DNA of 64,000 nt from an uncultured virus (IMG/VR IMGVR_UViG_3300025738_000003) (taxonomy: Duplodnaviria; Heunggongvirae; Uroviricota; Caudoviricetes): IMG/VR virus record IMGVR_UViG_3300025738_000003; one strand, 5' to 3'. The notes beneath the pieces are model-generated. The model was not told the DNA's origin. It saw only the letters and a list, made by a program, of their open reading frames with translations, and did no database searches. This document shows, piece by piece, positions 60,965 through 64,000 of this stretch. Position numbers and translations under genes: made by a program. Position 1 is the first letter of the stretch. The number at the start of each line of letters is the position of its first letter.

Positions 60965-61114
60965 GCCAACTTATTAAATAAAACCCTGCCTTGGCGGGGT
61001 TTTAGTCGTTCCCTCGAATAAATAACCATGTAATATGGGCCTTACTCACTTCTCATTATGCCGTTTTCACCCCTGTTTTTAATCATTCTGCGCTAGATAA
61101 ATCACATCCTTTAG

Positions 61115-61200
61115 TTATACACAATATAATGCAATTGCTTTATCTAATATAACGCCCACGTATAGATATATAATGCAAAGTCACTATAACTACTTATATA
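61115..61200 (+). promoter_or_regulatory. Putative plasmid origin downstream of repA
   Basis: DnaA box TTATACACA at 61115-61123; ATATAATGCAA twice; AT-rich. Confidence 0.55.
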
Positions 61201-61523
61201 TAAATAAACCTTATGGCTACGCCTAAAGTGAATAAATGCACGCCCTTGGTTTTTTTGCTAAAGAAACAGCAAAAGGGCGTAATTGTCGTTTGGTTCACTG
61301 CCTGGTGATAACTGACCGCTGCGTCACCTACATTTTCAATGAGATAATACCACTTGAGTAATCGTTGATGTTGAAGCTTATTAAGAGCGTCGCTTCGCTC
61401 AGTTTGGCAAGGGATAGACAAGTTTTGTGCCTATTTGTTTAATAGGCCTGTTTATTCTATTATGCGTGCTTATTACTTCATTACGGCTCACTAACAACAC
61501 ACCCCATAAAAGGAATTTAACGC

Positions 61524-61736
61524 ATGGCTAAAGATTTAGAACGAACGCTAAAGAAATGTAAAAAGTGCAAAAGAAAAACTGAGCACTTACGAAATACAGA
61601 CAAAACAGGTTTATTGTCCCTGTTAATCCATATAGCGTTAATTTTTATTACGGCTGGTATTTGGCTTATTCTTATTGTTATTTACAAGATCCTTAACGCT
61701 AAGGTGGGCGGCTGGCAGTGTAGCGAGTGTGGTTAA
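61524..61736 (+). CDS. Small membrane zinc-ribbon protein
   Basis: CKKC - hydrophobic hairpin - CSEC. Confidence 0.75.
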   Translation: MAKDLERTLKKCKKCKRKTEHLRNTDKTGLLSLLIHIALIFITAGIWLILIVIYKILNAKVGGWQCSECG

Positions 61737-62004
61737 ATGGGTTTTTCCCTACAGTTTAATAGCTATTAAGCCTGTATTTTTATACGGGCTTTTTTTTGAC
61801 CTAAAATAACCGTTTTGGTGATTTAGTGCTTAATATTGCTTTAATACTGAGCATATAGAATAAACAATATTCAACGGCAGTAAACGGCAGTAAAAGACAG
61901 TTGTTATTATTTGTTAAATTAACGTAAATTTAGCGTCTATTTTGGTGTTGATATTTGTAAGGCAGTGTAATGGCGATGTGTATTTGTTTAGCGTAGATTC
62001 GCCC

Positions 62005-62118
62005 GTATCACAAACGACCGTTATTTGACCACCACGTAAACACGGTGTTAATTAATGCTTTCGTGTTTCAAAACTATGTGTCACTATTGATGTCTCAAAA
62101 CAACGGCTTTATGACACA
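62005..62118. promoter_or_regulatory. res-like site
   Basis: Imperfect palindrome TGTCTCAAAA...TTTATGACACA; related half-sites GTATCACAAAC and GTTTCAAAAC. Confidence 0.55.
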
Positions 62119-62124
62119 CAGACA

Positions 62125-62676
62125 ATGAAATTTGGTTACGCAAGGGTTAGCACTAAACAACAAGAATTAGCCTTACAAGTAGACGCGCTTAAAGCGGCTG
62201 GCTGTGATGAAATAATCACCGAAGTTGAAACAGGCGCGAACAATGATCGCCCCGCACGATTGGCCATGATAGATAAGCTTAGAAAAGGCGATATTGTGAC
62301 GGTGTGGCGTTTAGATAGGTTTGGCCGTTCTATGCCTGATTTAATAGAAAAGGTTGAACAGTTAAGCGCCCAAGGTGTTGAGTTTATCTCGTTACAAGAA
62401 AATATAGATACTACCTCAGCCACGGGCCGGTTAATTTTTCATATTTTTGCGGGCCTCGCAGAATTTGAACGTAATTTGATTTCAGAAAGAACAAGAGCCG
62501 GATTAGCAGCAGCACGAAAACGCGGTAAATTGGGTGGAAGAAAAAGAATTATGAATGATATTCAGGTCAAAACAGCTAGACGATTAATATCAGGGGAAAA
62601 CCCCGTAAATCGTGAAGAAGTGGCCAAAATGCTTGGCGTTAGCCGGTCAACACTTTACCGAGAATTAAAAGAATAA
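62125..62676 (+). CDS. Serine resolvase/invertase
   Basis: GYARVST, LDRFGRS, AEFER, C-terminal HTH GVSRSTLYR. Confidence 0.96.
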   Translation: MKFGYARVSTKQQELALQVDALKAAGCDEIITEVETGANNDRPARLAMIDKLRKGDIVTVWRLDRFGRSMPDLIEKVEQLSAQGVEFISLQENIDTTSATGRLIFHIFAGLAEFERNLISERTRAGLAAARKRGKLGGRKRIMNDIQVKTARRLISGENPVNREEVAKMLGVSRSTLYRELKE

Positions 62677-62783
62677 AAACCTTACTTTTTATATTGATTT
62701 TAATCAAAATAATCACGAATCGTGTTTAAAAAATAGTAAGCGTGTCGTATTATAGAGACTGGTTTTTTATTGGGAAATGAATA

Positions 62784-62981
62784 ATGGAAGTCACGAATTC
62801 AGGCGTTAAAGCAATAGTTAATATTGGTCCGGAAGATAATAAATTACAAAAAATCGAGCCGCAACAAGATAAAGCGACTGCGGCACTCAGCACAGACAAG
62901 ATAACATTGTCTGATGATTTAATTATGACTATGGGTACTGGTGGCGGCACTACTAAGCCACCACCAACAACAGAAAACTAA
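62784..62981 (+). CDS. 65-aa peptide ending MGTGGGTTKPPPTTEN, cassette C
   Basis: GGGA RBS; low-complexity; directly upstream of a membrane protein. Confidence 0.7.
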   Translation: MEVTNSGVKAIVNIGPEDNKLQKIEPQQDKATAALSTDKITLSDDLIMTMGTGGGTTKPPPTTEN

Positions 62982-62991
62982 AGGACATTAC

Positions 62992-63594
62992 ATGGATGTA
63001 TTATCGTTCTTGATATTTATTGATGGGTACGTGGGGAGCTTAAATCATGTACTTATCAATAATCTACTTGCGTTGATCTTGGTTGTTTTGGCTTATGACA
63101 ATAAAGAAGATAGTAATTTTTTGTTTGTTATTTCTATGATGTTAATACCAAAGCTAGTTGATATTTTGGTATTGAATGATTTTTTATTGTCTGACTTTGT
63201 GCCGAATTATTTATTTTTCTTATTTTATTCTGTTTATGACGCACTCGTTCTTTGGTTGATTCTATATAGAACCAAAGTGATTCGTCTTTTTTTGATTATA
63301 AAAATAAAAGTGTGCCACCTTTTAAATATAAATAGTGATGCTGAAACTTTTACCTATGTCCGTCATGTTAACGAATATAAAATAACAGTTATCTTTGCAG
63401 TAAGCATTCTTATTAACTTAATTGTAGCTGTCGAATACCCGCTAAGATGGTATATAAGTGATGAAATATTATATTTTTACTATTTGTATGCACCATTAAA
63501 ATTTGGATTGAATATAGCGTTAGTTTATTGGGGTTCAAAAATGAATCCCGAAAAACAAAATACCTCAAGGAGTACACCAGGTGAATGTAAGTAA
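62992..63594 (+). CDS. Multi-pass (~5 TM) membrane protein, cassette C
   Basis: AAGGA RBS before ATG 62992; hydrophobic helices. Confidence 0.8.
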   Translation: MDVLSFLIFIDGYVGSLNHVLINNLLALILVVLAYDNKEDSNFLFVISMMLIPKLVDILVLNDFLLSDFVPNYLFFLFYSVYDALVLWLILYRTKVIRLFLIIKIKVCHLLNINSDAETFTYVRHVNEYKITVIFAVSILINLIVAVEYPLRWYISDEILYFYYLYAPLKFGLNIALVYWGSKMNPEKQNTSRSTPGECK

Positions 63595-63922
63595 CTTTAT
63601 TGTTGAATTATTTGAACTGTCAGGATTGAGTGAGCATGATTTCTGTCAAAAACTCGATATTGATGCCGAACAGTTGGCTGAAATAAAAGCGGGTAAAGCT
63701 CCAAGCGGCTCAGCTTGTAAAATGTTGTTAAAGGCTGTTTCAGTCGCTTTATTTTCCAAAAAGACAAACTGTGACCTTGATGAAGTTCACGACGAATTGA
63801 CAAAGGCTCGGGCTATCATTGTGACGGTTGGGGAAAGCTCGCATTTAGCCGAACATCATCAGGATTCACTATCGGCGGCTGCTGAAATGATTGATAACTC
63901 AAGGCAAAGAATATCCTCATAA
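63581..63922 (+). CDS. XRE-like HTH protein
   Basis: SGLSEHDFCQKLDIDAEQLAEIKAGKAPS; AGGAG RBS; overlaps the membrane gene. Confidence 0.65.
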   Translation: MNVSNFIVELFELSGLSEHDFCQKLDIDAEQLAEIKAGKAPSGSACKMLLKAVSVALFSKKTNCDLDEVHDELTKARAIIVTVGESSHLAEHHQDSLSAAAEMIDNSRQRISS

Positions 63923-63940
63923 CATTAAATACCAGACAAT

Positions 63941-63979
63941 AAAAAGCCGCTCTTATATAATCAATAAGAGCGGCTTTTT
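63941..63979. terminator. Bidirectional intrinsic terminator
   Basis: AAAAAGCCGCTCTTAT...ATAAGAGCGGCTTTTT. Confidence 0.85.
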
Positions 63980-64000
63980 AATGGTTTATAACTTACCTAT

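Larger units (their letters stand above)
40069..63980 (+). mobile_element. Element 2: phage-plasmid-like siphovirus; boundaries approximate
   Basis: Second terminase/head/tail set, plus plasmid RepA and a serine resolvase. Confidence 0.8.

Noticed and set aside
61772..61787. CTGTATTTTTATACGG resembling a LexA box
   Set aside because: Mismatch in the conserved CAG; better explained as the terminator hairpin of 61524-61736
62125..62676. Tail-fibre invertase (Gin/Cin) system
   Set aside because: No inverted fibre cassette or flanking crossover sites seen; context beside repA favours a resolvase
846..63803. Numerous short antisense or alternate-frame ORFs in the track (e.g. 846-1220, 11687-12100, 54797-55123)
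   Set aside because: They overlap well-supported genes and show no recognisable motifs

Overview
The window is almost entirely temperate-phage DNA, probably from an AT-rich marine gammaproteobacterium (host inferred, not shown). It holds two co-oriented, apparently intact siphovirus virion gene sets in tandem. Element 1 (~0.3-39.8 kb) is a lambdoid prophage: integrase, xis, Dam-type methylase, RdgC-FtsK-gamma fusion, repressor/cro switch, O/DnaC replication with iterons, a second tyrosine recombinase, M15 endolysin, HNH/cos/terminase, HK97-fold head with S49 protease, long tail and a SASA-type esterase. Element 2 (~40.0-64.0 kb) has its own HNH/cos/terminase, HK97 head and short tail. It also has a plasmid-type RepA replicon (antisense RNA, DnaA box) and a serine resolvase, but no recognisable integrase or endolysin in view, so it looks like a phage-plasmid joined to the prophage. 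The most unusual signal is three cassettes in which a tiny Gly-x-Gly-x-Gly peptide gene precedes a multi-pass membrane protein: 7112 MPGQGNG..., 14304 ...MHGSGCG, and 62784 ...MGTGGG.... Two of the membrane proteins look homologous across the two elements. One cassette shares a perfect 22-bp operator-like sequence with the cro promoter, and another has a sigma-28-type promoter. This is a candidate undescribed phage peptide-signalling or defence system. All family calls come from motif recognition by eye, not database searches.
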